Shown one piece after another: positions 11,701 to 20,878 of a stretch of 64,000 nt of DNA. The stretch is from Candidatus Curtissbacteria bacterium. Its GTDB lineage: Bacteria > Patescibacteriota > Microgenomatia > Curtissbacterales > GWA2-41-24. Within the stretch, counting starts at the first letter, position 1. Every line of letters begins with the position of its first letter. The notes beneath the pieces are model-generated. The model saw only the letters and a list, made by a program, of their open reading frames with translations, did not search any database and had not been told where the DNA came from. The position numbers and the translations under genes were made by a program. The stretch is from positions 1,423 to 65,422 of the forward strand of contig JACQIV010000015.1 in the NCBI GenBank assembly GCA_016198325.1. The letters are read 5' to 3'.

Positions 11701-12251
11701 CCCAATTGGAAAAACTTGTTTCGCACATGATTTCCGAGCTGGATGACAGTAATTCCGGAAAAATAATAAGAATTGGCGGAATAATTTCTCAAATGAGAAA
11801 AACCTTAACCAAAGTTCGTCAGGAAGAAATGTGTTTTCTCAAGGTTCAGGATACGACAGGTACCCAGGATGTTATCGTTTTCCCAAAAATATACTCAATA
11901 AAAAAACAGTTAATCGACACGGACAGAATAGTAATCATCTCCGGAAAACTGGAAATCGATGAACAAGGTTCCACGCTTATTGCGGAAGACATAAGAAGCA
12001 TTGAAAACGCATTAGATACTAAAACAAACGAAGTTAAACAAATGGAAGTCACTGTTCCTCAAAATGCAGATAGGGTACTCCTTGCCAAAATTTATGAAGC
12101 CTTAAAATCTTCGCCGGGAAACTTGCCGATCACGCTTATCCTGCCGAGCCAAAATGGAGATATTAGACGTTTTCAAGTACCTTTTTCGTCTGCTCGGACC
12201 ATTGAACTCGAAGAACTCTTGCAAAACCTCGGTTGCACAATTCTCTCCTGA
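8742..12251 (+). CDS. dnaE: DNA polymerase III alpha subunit
   Basis: PHP domain HLHVHTEFSLLDG, 1169 aa, palm/fingers motifs, C-terminal OB fold. Confidence 0.9.
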   Translation: MSNFVHLHVHTEFSLLDGLSKISKLVTQAKILGMKHLAITDHGGMYGAVKFYKECIQEGINPIIGCEMYIAKRGYKDKEMGKDNENFHLTVFAQDLEGYRNLMKLVTISHEEGFYYRPRIDKELLSRYSKGLLALSGCSSSEVSKAIISGDLKAADKNIKEYRNIFGKDNFYLEIQRHQFDQYKKNHPEGSEIYMDLDRMDKEEKKIITGSKKLSKEVKIGIVATNDIHYVNQADAQAQDAVVCIQTGKMLSDIKRLRMIDSPTYYLKSAEEMSQLFSDIPEAVKNTLAVAEKINIGIPLAQVAFPAFDVPSDKTPEEYLRKRCMEGIESRMEKITKEIRDRLDYELSVIIQKGYSTYFLVVSDFVTWARDKGIISTTRGSASGSLVSFALGITTVNPLFFKLPFERFLNLYRPTLPDIDVDFADNRRDEVIDYVRQKYGSGKVAQIGTFGTMMARAAIRDVARVLAWPYSRADRVAKMVPLGAQGFPMSIEKAKKINHDLETLYQNDKEVKELLDLAEKVEGNVRHVSVHAAGVVIAPKDLTQYTPLQKETSGEKIITQFDMHDIEEVGLVKMDFLGIRNLSILGQAIEIVRQTRGEEVDLTKIGFDDKKAFELMAKGETMGLFQLSGSGMTRYLKELRPTNIFDIMAMISLFRPGPMNSIPEFIERKNIKKKVLYFDPRMESYLKESYGVIVYQDDVLLTAINIAGYNWEEADKFRKAMGKKIPSEMAKQKEKFIDGAIKNGMGGQKADDLFKLIEPFAAYGFNKAHAASYAVIAYQTAYMKANYPVEFMTAVMSAESDDPDKIAAAVAECAKMKILVLPPDINHSQTGFTIEGTGVKKAIRFGLSAIKNVGHAAIEAILSERESEGEFQTIDNFVRRVNLRVVNRKTLESLIKAGAMDAFGKRNALLAILDELKNSGTTLSKSVAEGQGSLFEKEDLENKVGPTRAVVEIMQKVEEATKEEILSWERELLGFYLTEHPLAKLSAQLEKLVSHMISELDDSNSGKIIRIGGIISQMRKTLTKVRQEEMCFLKVQDTTGTQDVIVFPKIYSIKKQLIDTDRIVIISGKLEIDEQGSTLIAEDIRSIENALDTKTNEVKQMEVTVPQNADRVLLAKIYEALKSSPGNLPITLILPSQNGDIRRFQVPFSSARTIELEELLQNLGCTILS

Positions 12252-12289
12252 TTTTGAATTTCAAAGCTAAAAAGGGTATACTTTCCATT

Positions 12290-12568
12290 ATGATTTCCCA
12301 TCAGGGCAAATTTTCGGTTGGCGATACTGTGCGTGTCGTCTTCAGAATAGAAAAAGACGCCAAAACCAGGTCTACCCCCTTTGAAGGGACGGTTATTTCC
12401 ATCCGGGGCGGACAAGACAGTAAAACTTTTACTGTCAGAAAAATTGCAACTGGCAAAGTAGCGGTAGAGAAAATATTTCCGGCCGATTCCCCTCACATTG
12501 AAGACGTAAAAGTGTTATCCTCGCGAAACGTTCGCCGAGCAAAACTCTTCTACTTAAGAAATAGGTAA
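12290..12568 (+). CDS. rplS: 50S ribosomal protein L19
   Basis: …FSVGDTVRVVFRIEKDAKTR…FEGTVISIRGG… ; start set at ATG 12290. Confidence 0.85.
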   Translation: MISHQGKFSVGDTVRVVFRIEKDAKTRSTPFEGTVISIRGGQDSKTFTVRKIATGKVAVEKIFPADSPHIEDVKVLSSRNVRRAKLFYLRNR

Positions 12569-13185
12569 TGTTACCTCCGGATCTTGCCCACGAATTATCC
12601 CTTTGGCAGAAAGGTATCAACTATATTGCAGGAATAGACGAGGTAGGAAGGGGGTCATGGGCTGGCCCTGTTGTTGCAGCAGGCGTAATGCTGCCCAAAA
12701 ACTTTTCTATTCCGGAAGTCTTCGGTGATTCCAAGCAACTAAAACCATATGAGAGAAGAAAACTGGCACAAATTATTACTAAACAGGCAATTTCCTATTA
12801 CATTTCGGAAATTGGCGTATCAGTTATAAACAAAATAGGCATAGGCAATGCGTCTCAAGTGGCATACAGGCAAGTTGTTAAATTTCTGCACCCTAAGCCG
12901 CAGTTTATATTAATGGACGCCTTCTACATTAAGCACCTGAATCGCAAAAACCAGCTGGCAATAAAAAAAGGAGATCAAAAAATAGCCTCTATTGCAGCAG
13001 CGTCAGTCATTGCAAAAGTCTACAGGGATAATCTCATGAAAAAGTTAGCAAGAATCTATCCAAATTACGGTTTCGGGAAGCACAAGGGTTACGGAACTAA
13101 AAGCCACCAAGAAGCTATACGGGTGCATGGATTTTTAAAAGTCCATAGGACCAGCTATAACCTAAAGTTCCTTTTAAATGCCTAA
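12568..13185 (+). CDS. rnhB: ribonuclease HII
   Basis: IAGIDEVGRGSWAGPVVAAGV active-site motif. Confidence 0.85.
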   Translation: MLPPDLAHELSLWQKGINYIAGIDEVGRGSWAGPVVAAGVMLPKNFSIPEVFGDSKQLKPYERRKLAQIITKQAISYYISEIGVSVINKIGIGNASQVAYRQVVKFLHPKPQFILMDAFYIKHLNRKNQLAIKKGDQKIASIAAASVIAKVYRDNLMKKLARIYPNYGFGKHKGYGTKSHQEAIRVHGFLKVHRTSYNLKFLLNA

Positions 13186-13528
13186 TTTCATTGGTAAGAC
13201 GGGAGAAGATTTAGCGGTAAAATATTTAAATAAACTAGGATATAAGATAATCGAACGCAATTTCCGTATCAGGGGAGGGGAAATAGATATTGTTGCAATT
13301 GACGGTAAAACCTTGGTCTACATTGAGGTTAAAACCAGGACAAGCCACAAGTTTGGCTTACCGCAAGAATCTGTAACCCCTACAAAGATCAGATTCATAG
13401 TAAGGGCTGCTAAATTTTACAGAAATAACCGAAAAAATCTTCCGGAACTGGAAAGAATTGACGTACTCGCTATCGACCTAATCGACAAAATTCCAAAGTA
13501 TAACCTCATCAAAAATGCATCATTTTAG
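13178..13528 (+). CDS. yraN: YraN-family (UPF0102) endonuclease
   Basis: GEDLAVKYLNKLGYKIIERNFR…GEIDIVA…YIEVKTR. Confidence 0.75.
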   Translation: MPNFIGKTGEDLAVKYLNKLGYKIIERNFRIRGGEIDIVAIDGKTLVYIEVKTRTSHKFGLPQESVTPTKIRFIVRAAKFYRNNRKNLPELERIDVLAIDLIDKIPKYNLIKNASF

Positions 13529-13551
13529 AAAAAGATGTATAATCCCCTCCC

Positions 13552-13965
13552 ATGTCAACCAAAATTGAAACAGGCGAGCAAGGTATTCAACTAAATCTGA
13601 GAGAAGCCACAACCGTCATTATTATTCCCAAAGCCCGCGGATTCGATCGAAGAAACCAAACGGCGCCGTCCGATACCCGGGAAGTTGTTGAGTCAGAGCT
13701 CATCAGGCGGACGGTACAGGATTTTATTGACTTTGGCCCTGAAGACATCGACCAAGGGATTGGTTTAAGTAGGTTAGAAAAAAAACTTAGACTCGCGAAG
13801 CAAGTTTTTACCTTTGAGGACTTTAAATGTTTTCTAAAAAGTGAAATTGATGAAATAGGCCAAGACCTTGAAGGAGCTAAAGCAGGATCAATATCATCAG
13901 TGCTAACAACCGCCTCAAACTTCATAATAGATAAAGCTGAAGAAATCTGGTCCGACCCTAACTAA
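13552..13965 (+). CDS. hypothetical protein
   Basis: 137-aa ORF, no recognisable motif. Confidence 0.3.
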   Translation: MSTKIETGEQGIQLNLREATTVIIIPKARGFDRRNQTAPSDTREVVESELIRRTVQDFIDFGPEDIDQGIGLSRLEKKLRLAKQVFTFEDFKCFLKSEIDEIGQDLEGAKAGSISSVLTTASNFIIDKAEEIWSDPN

Positions 13966-14928
13966 TTAAATCTTAACAAGACCAACCGGTTCTTTTCCTT
14001 CAAAAACATCAATAATATTTTGCGCCGCAATTTTTGACATTTGAACCCTGGTTTCCATAGTTGCAGATGCAGAATGAGGCGTCATAACCACATTAGGAAG
14101 GGCAGTAAGGGATTCAGGGATGTCCGGTTCATGTTCAAAAACATCAAGGCCGGCAGCAGCAATGCGTTTTTCACTTAAAGCGTTAATTAAAGCTGTTTCA
14201 TCTATGACTGGTCCACGCGAAGTGTTAATTAAAATTGCCGTTTTTTTCATAGAAGAAAGTTCCCTTTCTCCAATCAAATGCTTAGTGTGTTCATTGAGAG
14301 GGACATGAAGGGTTACTATGTCTGCCTCTTTTACAATTGTGGCAACATCTGCAAATTTTGCTTCAGATAAAAGTTCAAAATCTTCGCTGCGGGAAATATC
14401 AAAATAAAGGATGTTCATTCTGAATCCGTTTTTGGCTATTTGCCCGACAAATGTACCTATTTTGCCTAAGCCGATGATTCCTATTGTTTTCCCCCACACC
14501 TGCGGAGAAACAAAAGAATACGGATCCCACTTTTTATATTTTCCCAAGCGAACAAATTTATCCGCTTCAACAATTTGTTTTACGCATGCCAAAATGAGTG
14601 CAAAAGTATGTTCCGCAACTGATTCTGAAGCAACTCCGGGAGTGTTAGTTACAGCTATTCCTTTTTGTTTGGCAGCAGCAACGTCTATATTATCAAAACC
14701 AACTGCATAATTCGAAATAATCTTAAGGCTTGCACCAGAGGAAGAGATTAAATTCGTGTCTACCTTATCGGTAATTAACGTTATAACAGCATCGTATTTT
14801 GAAAATGCTTCTTTTAACTTTTCACCGGGTAAATCAACTTTGTCATTAACTTCAACCGAGTACCCCTTCTGACGAAGTAGAGTAAGACCTTCTTCGGGGA
14901 TTTTAGAGGTAACAAAAACTGCGGGCAT
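13966..14928 (-). CDS. D-isomer-specific 2-hydroxyacid dehydrogenase (glyoxylate/hydroxypyruvate reductase-like)
   Basis: NAD-binding GIIGLGKIGTFVG, catalytic region …TLHVPLNEHTKHLI…, start at MPAVFVTSKIP. Confidence 0.75.
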   Translation of the reverse strand: MPAVFVTSKIPEEGLTLLRQKGYSVEVNDKVDLPGEKLKEAFSKYDAVITLITDKVDTNLISSSGASLKIISNYAVGFDNIDVAAAKQKGIAVTNTPGVASESVAEHTFALILACVKQIVEADKFVRLGKYKKWDPYSFVSPQVWGKTIGIIGLGKIGTFVGQIAKNGFRMNILYFDISRSEDFELLSEAKFADVATIVKEADIVTLHVPLNEHTKHLIGERELSSMKKTAILINTSRGPVIDETALINALSEKRIAAAGLDVFEHEPDIPESLTALPNVVMTPHSASATMETRVQMSKIAAQNIIDVFEGKEPVGLVKI

Positions 14929-14947
14929 TATAAATATTCTAATTGAT

Positions 14948-15949
14948 TTAAAACTCCGAAGCCACCAAGTCGCTTGCAATCTTCCTGTTTCTTTCCAATT
15001 CCTGCAGCGTCAGTAATCCGTTTTGTGGACCCAATTTCTGGATACATGATGCAGAATTTAGAGCACCCCACACCATTGCTTCTTTCATGTCATGTCCAAG
15101 GCATAAAGCCGAAACAAAAGCGCTGCTATAAGCATCACCTGCACCGGTTTTTTCATAAACATTAACTGGTAATATTCCCAGGCGCAAAAAAACAGAACCG
15201 TCCGTAAAGTAAGACCCTTCCTCGCCGTCAGTAATTACAACATTTTTCGGTCCCAGAAGGTGAATTTTATTTAAAAGTTCTTTTGGGGCAATTTCTTGTG
15301 CAACATCTACCCCAAGTATCTTTTTTGCTTCTTCAAGATTAATTATAAAAACTTCCGTCTTCTCCAAAAGCCTGGGATATTTTTTAACGTCCGCTTTTAA
15401 CTGGTATGTACCGGGACCGTAGACGAGTTTAGCATTCGATTTATCTAGGTAATTACAAACGTCATTCACGATATTGGACTCCGTAAAGCTTTCGGATACG
15501 GATGTGTAATAAACAAACGAAGAATCAGCCAGGACCGGCAATCGGTATTGCCACTTTTGGTGATAAACCATCGCTGTCCTTTCGTTTTGAAAGTTGATAA
15601 TCACAGAAAGGTTAGATTCTTTATCCTTTTGCTCAGAGATGTAGTCACTGGAAACACCTGCTTCATCAAAAGCATTTTTTATAAGTTGAGCTGTAGAATC
15701 TCCCCCCAGATTTGTATAAATCGCTGATGTAAGGCCCAACTTTGCGCATCCGACGACGACATTGGCAGCATTGCCAGCTACGGAATGTCCGATCGCATCG
15801 ACAGGAATCTTGTCCCCAAAGCTAAGGCAGATCTTGCAGTTTTCATTATTGAAATTACATTGAACAGAAGCATCGTGAATTTTTATAGAAGTATCGACAG
15901 TCGAATCACCGATGGTAATAATATCGAATTGAGCAGACGTATCGTTCAT
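14948..15949 (-). CDS. PfkB-family carbohydrate kinase
   Basis: PfkB signature-2 EKTGAGDAYSSAFVSAL, N-terminal GDSTVD. Confidence 0.7.
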   Translation of the reverse strand: MNDTSAQFDIITIGDSTVDTSIKIHDASVQCNFNNENCKICLSFGDKIPVDAIGHSVAGNAANVVVGCAKLGLTSAIYTNLGGDSTAQLIKNAFDEAGVSSDYISEQKDKESNLSVIINFQNERTAMVYHQKWQYRLPVLADSSFVYYTSVSESFTESNIVNDVCNYLDKSNAKLVYGPGTYQLKADVKKYPRLLEKTEVFIINLEEAKKILGVDVAQEIAPKELLNKIHLLGPKNVVITDGEEGSYFTDGSVFLRLGILPVNVYEKTGAGDAYSSAFVSALCLGHDMKEAMVWGALNSASCIQKLGPQNGLLTLQELERNRKIASDLVASEF

Positions 15950-16569
15950 ATCGAGAATATTGTGTGTTCGTGGTCGTGATTTTTGGAATCGAGCAATTTC
16001 TCAAAATGGTTGATAGCCGTTATTACTCCCTCCGGTTTATCAACAATTTTAAATACTTGTCGCTCCTCAGCCCTTATATACATGCCTTTTGTAAAAGCAA
16101 AAATAATCTCCTGCCAGAAATTACCATATAAAATCAATGGTTTATGGTGACCAAAATACAACCTTGCCAGTCCCCAGGCCATACCGAATTCGGAAATAGT
16201 ACCTGTGCCCCCGTTAAAAATAATATAAGTTTGACCAAGTTCAAGAAGTTTTAAAGTTCTTTCCAAGTAGGTGTCGACGATAATTAATTCATCAACTTTG
16301 TTAGTCTGGTCCCTTCCTTCAAATTCAGGAATGTCCTTTGGAAAAAAAGTAACACCGATTGCTTTCCCACCGGCGTCTTTTGCGCCCATAGTCGACGCTT
16401 TCATCACACCGGGGCCGCCCCCGTTTATTATTGTATAGCCCGCTTTGGCAAGTAGTTGTGCGACTTCATAAGCAGCTTTAAATGGATCGTCAGCTTCCTT
16501 AGCATCGGCGTAGCCCAAAAAAGTAACATTTTTTATTAAATTATTATCGTTACTTTTTGTATCCATCAA
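15946..16569 (-). CDS. LOG-family protein (cytokinin riboside 5'-monophosphate phosphoribohydrolase-like)
   Basis: GGGPGVMKASTMGA and NGGTGTISEFG LOG motifs. Confidence 0.75.
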   Translation of the reverse strand: MMDTKSNDNNLIKNVTFLGYADAKEADDPFKAAYEVAQLLAKAGYTIINGGGPGVMKASTMGAKDAGGKAIGVTFFPKDIPEFEGRDQTNKVDELIIVDTYLERTLKLLELGQTYIIFNGGTGTISEFGMAWGLARLYFGHHKPLILYGNFWQEIIFAFTKGMYIRAEERQVFKIVDKPEGVITAINHFEKLLDSKNHDHEHTIFSI

Positions 16570-17220
16570 TTAAATTTTCCTCGCCTTTTCTATAAGGTTC
16601 ACGAGTTTTTCGTATGCAACTTTAAAGTCATCAGCAGCATATAATGTTGAATTGACGGCCAAAAAATCGGCACCGGCAACAGACAGCTCCGGCGCATTAT
16701 CGAAAGTGATACCCCCATCTACTTCAATAGCTATAGAAGGGTTAATAGTTTTTGCTTCCCGAATTTTATCGAATACTTTTTCTTGAAATTTTTGGCCGGA
16801 AAAACCCGGTTCAACTGCCAAAAGCAAAAGTAAATCAATATCATCAAGCATGTGGCTAACTGCTGCAACAGGCGTCGAAGGATTTAAAGAAAGTCCGGCT
16901 TGTTTTCCGTGATTTTTAATGTGATAAAAAATCTCGGGCAGCCCCGACTCGCCTTCAAAAGGAACGATAATTCGCATAATATGTTCACACCCGATTAAAT
17001 CATCAATGTAATTTTGGGGATAAACGACCATTAATTGAATCTCCAAATTGCTGGAAGATGGATATTTTTTAATAATTTTAGTGTCTATCGTGGTATTTGC
17101 AGCAAACTTTCCATCAATGACATCAACTTGAACCAGATCCGAAACATGTTCTGCCATAAGCAATCTTTTATGGTATGTTGCCTCGTTGTCGGTCAAAATA
17201 GTCGGAATTATTTTGCTCAT
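16570..17220 (-). CDS. rpe: ribulose-phosphate 3-epimerase
   Basis: …LVQVDVIDGKFAANTTID… and C-terminal DGGI motif. Confidence 0.85.
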   Translation of the reverse strand: MSKIIPTILTDNEATYHKRLLMAEHVSDLVQVDVIDGKFAANTTIDTKIIKKYPSSSNLEIQLMVVYPQNYIDDLIGCEHIMRIIVPFEGESGLPEIFYHIKNHGKQAGLSLNPSTPVAAVSHMLDDIDLLLLLAVEPGFSGQKFQEKVFDKIREAKTINPSIAIEVDGGITFDNAPELSVAGADFLAVNSTLYAADDFKVAYEKLVNLIEKARKI

Positions 17221-18560
17221 AATTCGTAATATTTTCCCGTCTCCGGAATTATCGACACAATTCCAATTTTTGTTGAAACAGTGTTTGCGATGGCTTGGGA
17301 TTCTTCCGGTTCTCCATGAACGAAAAAAACTCGCTTCAAACCGGCTATCGATTTTATGTAGTTTTCTAGCTGGGGTGCGTCTGCATGAGCACTGTAAGAT
17401 CCAATTGCTTTAACTTTTGCGTTCACGGGGACTCTTTCACCGTGAATTTTAACTTCTGTATCACCATCTAATATTCTTCTACCTAAACTTCCTTTAGCTT
17501 GGTAGCCAACAATTAATAACGTATTCTTTGAATCAGGCAAATATCTTTTTGCGTGGTGAAGTATTCTGCCACCATTCATCATTCCCGCCCCAGCAATAAT
17601 AACCTTGGGACTGGGTGCATCGTTGATTTCCTTTGACTCATCTACTGTTTGGGTAATTTGTACTCTCTCAAGTCCAAAAAAGTCGTTATCCAAGTGATTA
17701 CTTCTAATATTACTGCCTAAAAATTCAGGATACTTTCCATAGACTGCTGTAACCTTTTGGGCAAGAGGAGAATCCAGATAAAACATTGGCCTGTTGCAAC
17801 CTTCAATACTGCAAAAATGGTCTATGTCGTGAAGAAGTTCTTGCGTTCTTTCAATTGCGAATGAGGGAATTAACAATACACCACTATCCTTGATTGTATT
17901 TTCAAGGACCCAAGCAAGTTTTTGAGTTCTTAAATTAATGTCTTCGTGCGTACGTCCCCCGTAAGTACTTTCGCTGATCAGATAATCGGCAGACGCAACA
18001 CGTGTGGGAGATTCTAAAAGTAGAGAAGGATTATTTCCAAGGTCGCTTGTATATGCCAGCTTTTTGCCTTCTGCTTCTATTACGCAGACACATGACCCGA
18101 GTATATGCCCTGCGTTTAATAAAGTTAGTTTTATTCCGGGAACTATTTCTATTCTTTCACCATAAGGTATCGTCTCAAAAAGCGGAACTGTCCTTTCCAG
18201 ATCTGCAAGATCGTATAGTAACTCACCACCGTGTTTTTCAACCTCATCGTGCATAAGCTTTTCATTGTCCGCAAGTACCAGTTGTGCCAGTTCTTTGGTT
18301 GGCCCTGTAGAATATATCCTTCCCCGAAATCCTTCTTTAACTAGTTTTGGTGTTCTGCCGACATGATCAAGATGGGCGTGGCAAAGAACTAAAGCGTTTA
18401 TTTCCGAAGGTGAATACCCAAAACCAGAGAAGTTTTTTTCCTCATGAAGTCGCGGTCCTTGAAATAACCCACAGTCCAGAAGAATTTTTTGATTCCGCGA
18501 CTCAATAAGAATATTAGAACCCGTAACCTCCGAGCAGGCGCCATGAAAAGAAAGCCGCAT
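17217..18560 (-). CDS. MBL-fold beta-CASP hydrolase (RNase J / CPSF-like RNA-metabolising)
   Basis: HAHLDHVGRTPKL metallo-beta-lactamase motif, beta-CASP region; shorter than canonical RNase J. Confidence 0.65.
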   Translation of the reverse strand: MRLSFHGACSEVTGSNILIESRNQKILLDCGLFQGPRLHEEKNFSGFGYSPSEINALVLCHAHLDHVGRTPKLVKEGFRGRIYSTGPTKELAQLVLADNEKLMHDEVEKHGGELLYDLADLERTVPLFETIPYGERIEIVPGIKLTLLNAGHILGSCVCVIEAEGKKLAYTSDLGNNPSLLLESPTRVASADYLISESTYGGRTHEDINLRTQKLAWVLENTIKDSGVLLIPSFAIERTQELLHDIDHFCSIEGCNRPMFYLDSPLAQKVTAVYGKYPEFLGSNIRSNHLDNDFFGLERVQITQTVDESKEINDAPSPKVIIAGAGMMNGGRILHHAKRYLPDSKNTLLIVGYQAKGSLGRRILDGDTEVKIHGERVPVNAKVKAIGSYSAHADAPQLENYIKSIAGLKRVFFVHGEPEESQAIANTVSTKIGIVSIIPETGKYYEL

Positions 18561-18591
18561 AATTTAAGTATCAAGTATCGCACGAATGCAA

Positions 18592-18852
18592 TCAAGTAGA
18601 AGAGGGTACGCCAAGGGCTGTTTCTAATTTTATTTTGTCAAAACCCAGGATAAATTCTTTTTGACCATTTTCTTTTTCAATAACAGTCAGTGGGACACCC
18701 ATTTGGCCTGAAAGCTCTATCATTTTTTGGGCTTCCTCCGGATTTTGGTCGACTAGTATTTCACTATAATCAACATTTTTTGAATCTAAATATTCTTTCT
18801 CCATGCGACAGAAGGGGCAGGTTGTTGTTGTGTACAAAGTAACCCTTGGCAT
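18592..18852 (-). CDS. glutaredoxin/NrdH-like thioredoxin-fold protein
   Basis: …VTLYTTTTCPFCRMEKEYLD… ; start set at internal Met (MPRV…). Confidence 0.6.
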   Translation of the reverse strand: MPRVTLYTTTTCPFCRMEKEYLDSKNVDYSEILVDQNPEEAQKMIELSGQMGVPLTVIEKENGQKEFILGFDKIKLETALGVPSST

Positions 18853-19216
18853 AAGTATATTGTAGTTCTTTATCAAGGCTTTCCTCAAATCGAAAAATCC
18901 TTACCCCTGGTATAAAGACTTTCTCGAAAATGTTGTCCTTGCAAACCCTGGGCTTTTCGCGAATCTCACAAGGCTCGGCGAGCTTGCCTGCGCACTCTTA
19001 ATATTAGGAGGATCCGCGCTTTTGATATTTGCAAAAGATAAACACGCAAAAATACTAATTACTCTAGGTTTGGTGATTGGATGATTCTTAAATTTAATAT
19101 TTTGGCTCGCAGCAGGCTGGACAAGCCCATCAACCGAAAGTCTTAGCTAGCTTATGTTTTTTGTAGCCTTAATAGGTACAGTTTTTCTTGTAAAGCTAAA
19201 AAGGGTCAGCCAATAA

Positions 19217-20878
19217 TCACCAACTTGAGCGGATATGGTCCATGGCAAAGTTTATGTTTCCGCGGACTTTTTTACCCGGATTAAAAATATTGTCCGGATC
19301 AAAAATTTCCTTGGTTTTTTCAAACAACCTGCAGATTCGCGAACCATACATCTTTCTAAGATAGGGCGTTCGTATTATTCCGTCGTTATGTTCACCGCTT
19401 GTTGTACCGTGGTATTTAAGTACAAGATTAAAAACTTCATCCGCAAGCTTGGGTATTATTGCTCTTTGTTTCGGGTCTTGAAGATTCATTAAAGGGATTA
19501 TATGGAAATTACCGTCCCCCAGATGTCCGGCGATGGTATAAATAAGTTCGGGGTATTTTTCAAAAATTTTATTTAATTTCGGCAGGAATTCTTTCAAATA
19601 TTCAGGTTTAACCGCAAAATCGTCAATAAACGGTGCAGTATGCTTGTCCCGTATTTTTTGCCTAAGTAGGTTGAAGCTTTCTCTCCTGATACTCCAATAT
19701 TTCTTCTCGGAGTTTTTGTTTGGTGCAACCCTCATTTTTAGTTTGTAAGGGGTAAGTTTCGCGCGGAGCTTTTCTATTTTTTCACCGAGTTCATGCCTGC
19801 TGTCTCCCGTAAACTCAACCTGAAGAATCAGTTTTGGTACGCCGCCCGAAGCCACCATAAAAAATTCCGGTAAAAAATGCCAACCGGTTTCAATTGCATT
19901 TTTAGTGCCAAGCTTTTTTGCAAATTCCGGGAAAAACTTAACAGCAAGCTTTAAGGTGTGGTCATCATAGGTTTCAAAACTTTCCGGCTCCAGGGGTAAT
20001 ACATCATTTATTACGTCTCCTAGATGGTCAAGATTGTTAAGGAAGATTATCATCATCTCGGAAAACCTTTTGGTCTCCACCAACTTCAAGGTAGCCTCTG
20101 TAACGATTCCCAGTGTACCCTGCGCTCCTACAATCAATCTGGTCAAATCAAAAATCTTGTTTTCTTTATCGTAAACGTTCCAAAGGTAGTAACCCGCTGA
20201 ATTTTTAGAAACCTTAGGTTTGGCAGCTTTTATCAAATCGTAATTTTTACTTATCAAATTAAACATTTTGCGGTAAATTTCGCCTTCAAAATCCCTTTTT
20301 TTCATTTTTGTATCAAGCTCTGTTTCCGAAAGGGGTTTAATAATGTGTTCTTTGCCGTCAGACAAAACTATTTTGTAAGAGGTAATAAAATTTTCTGTCT
20401 TTCCGTATTCGAGTGATTTTTCTCCGCCGGAATTATTATTAACAATGCCTCCCATTGCGCAGATTTCTTTTGACGCCGGGTAAGATGGAAATATCAAGCC
20501 TCTTGCGAGCGTTTCGTCTTCAAAATCCCGGTAATACATCCCCGGCTGGAACCTGGCTGTCTTGTTCTTAATGGAAAATAAACGGTTCATATATTTTGTA
20601 AAACTTATGGAAATCGACTGGGTAAGAGGACCGCCACTCATGTCGGTCCCCGCAGATCTTCCGGTGACAGATATATTTTCCGAAGAGGCCTTATTTTCGT
20701 TAACGAATTTAACAACTTCCGAAACATCCTTTGAATTTTTTGGAAATATTACGAGTTCCGGCTTGACCTCGAAAATGCTTGCGTCGTGGCTGTGCAGGGC
20801 AAGAATTTCTTCGTCAACGGAGAGATCACCCTCAATCCTCTTCTTAAGTTCTCCGATTTTCTGTTTTGTAAGGGGCAC
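19217..20878 (-). CDS. FAD-linked oxidase (GlcD / D-lactate dehydrogenase family)
   Basis: FAD-binding PCMH-type N-terminal domain (…GGIVNNNSGG…), 553 aa. Confidence 0.7.
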   Translation of the reverse strand: MPLTKQKIGELKKRIEGDLSVDEEILALHSHDASIFEVKPELVIFPKNSKDVSEVVKFVNENKASSENISVTGRSAGTDMSGGPLTQSISISFTKYMNRLFSIKNKTARFQPGMYYRDFEDETLARGLIFPSYPASKEICAMGGIVNNNSGGEKSLEYGKTENFITSYKIVLSDGKEHIIKPLSETELDTKMKKRDFEGEIYRKMFNLISKNYDLIKAAKPKVSKNSAGYYLWNVYDKENKIFDLTRLIVGAQGTLGIVTEATLKLVETKRFSEMMIIFLNNLDHLGDVINDVLPLEPESFETYDDHTLKLAVKFFPEFAKKLGTKNAIETGWHFLPEFFMVASGGVPKLILQVEFTGDSRHELGEKIEKLRAKLTPYKLKMRVAPNKNSEKKYWSIRRESFNLLRQKIRDKHTAPFIDDFAVKPEYLKEFLPKLNKIFEKYPELIYTIAGHLGDGNFHIIPLMNLQDPKQRAIIPKLADEVFNLVLKYHGTTSGEHNDGIIRTPYLRKMYGSRICRLFEKTKEIFDPDNIFNPGKKVRGNINFAMDHIRSSW

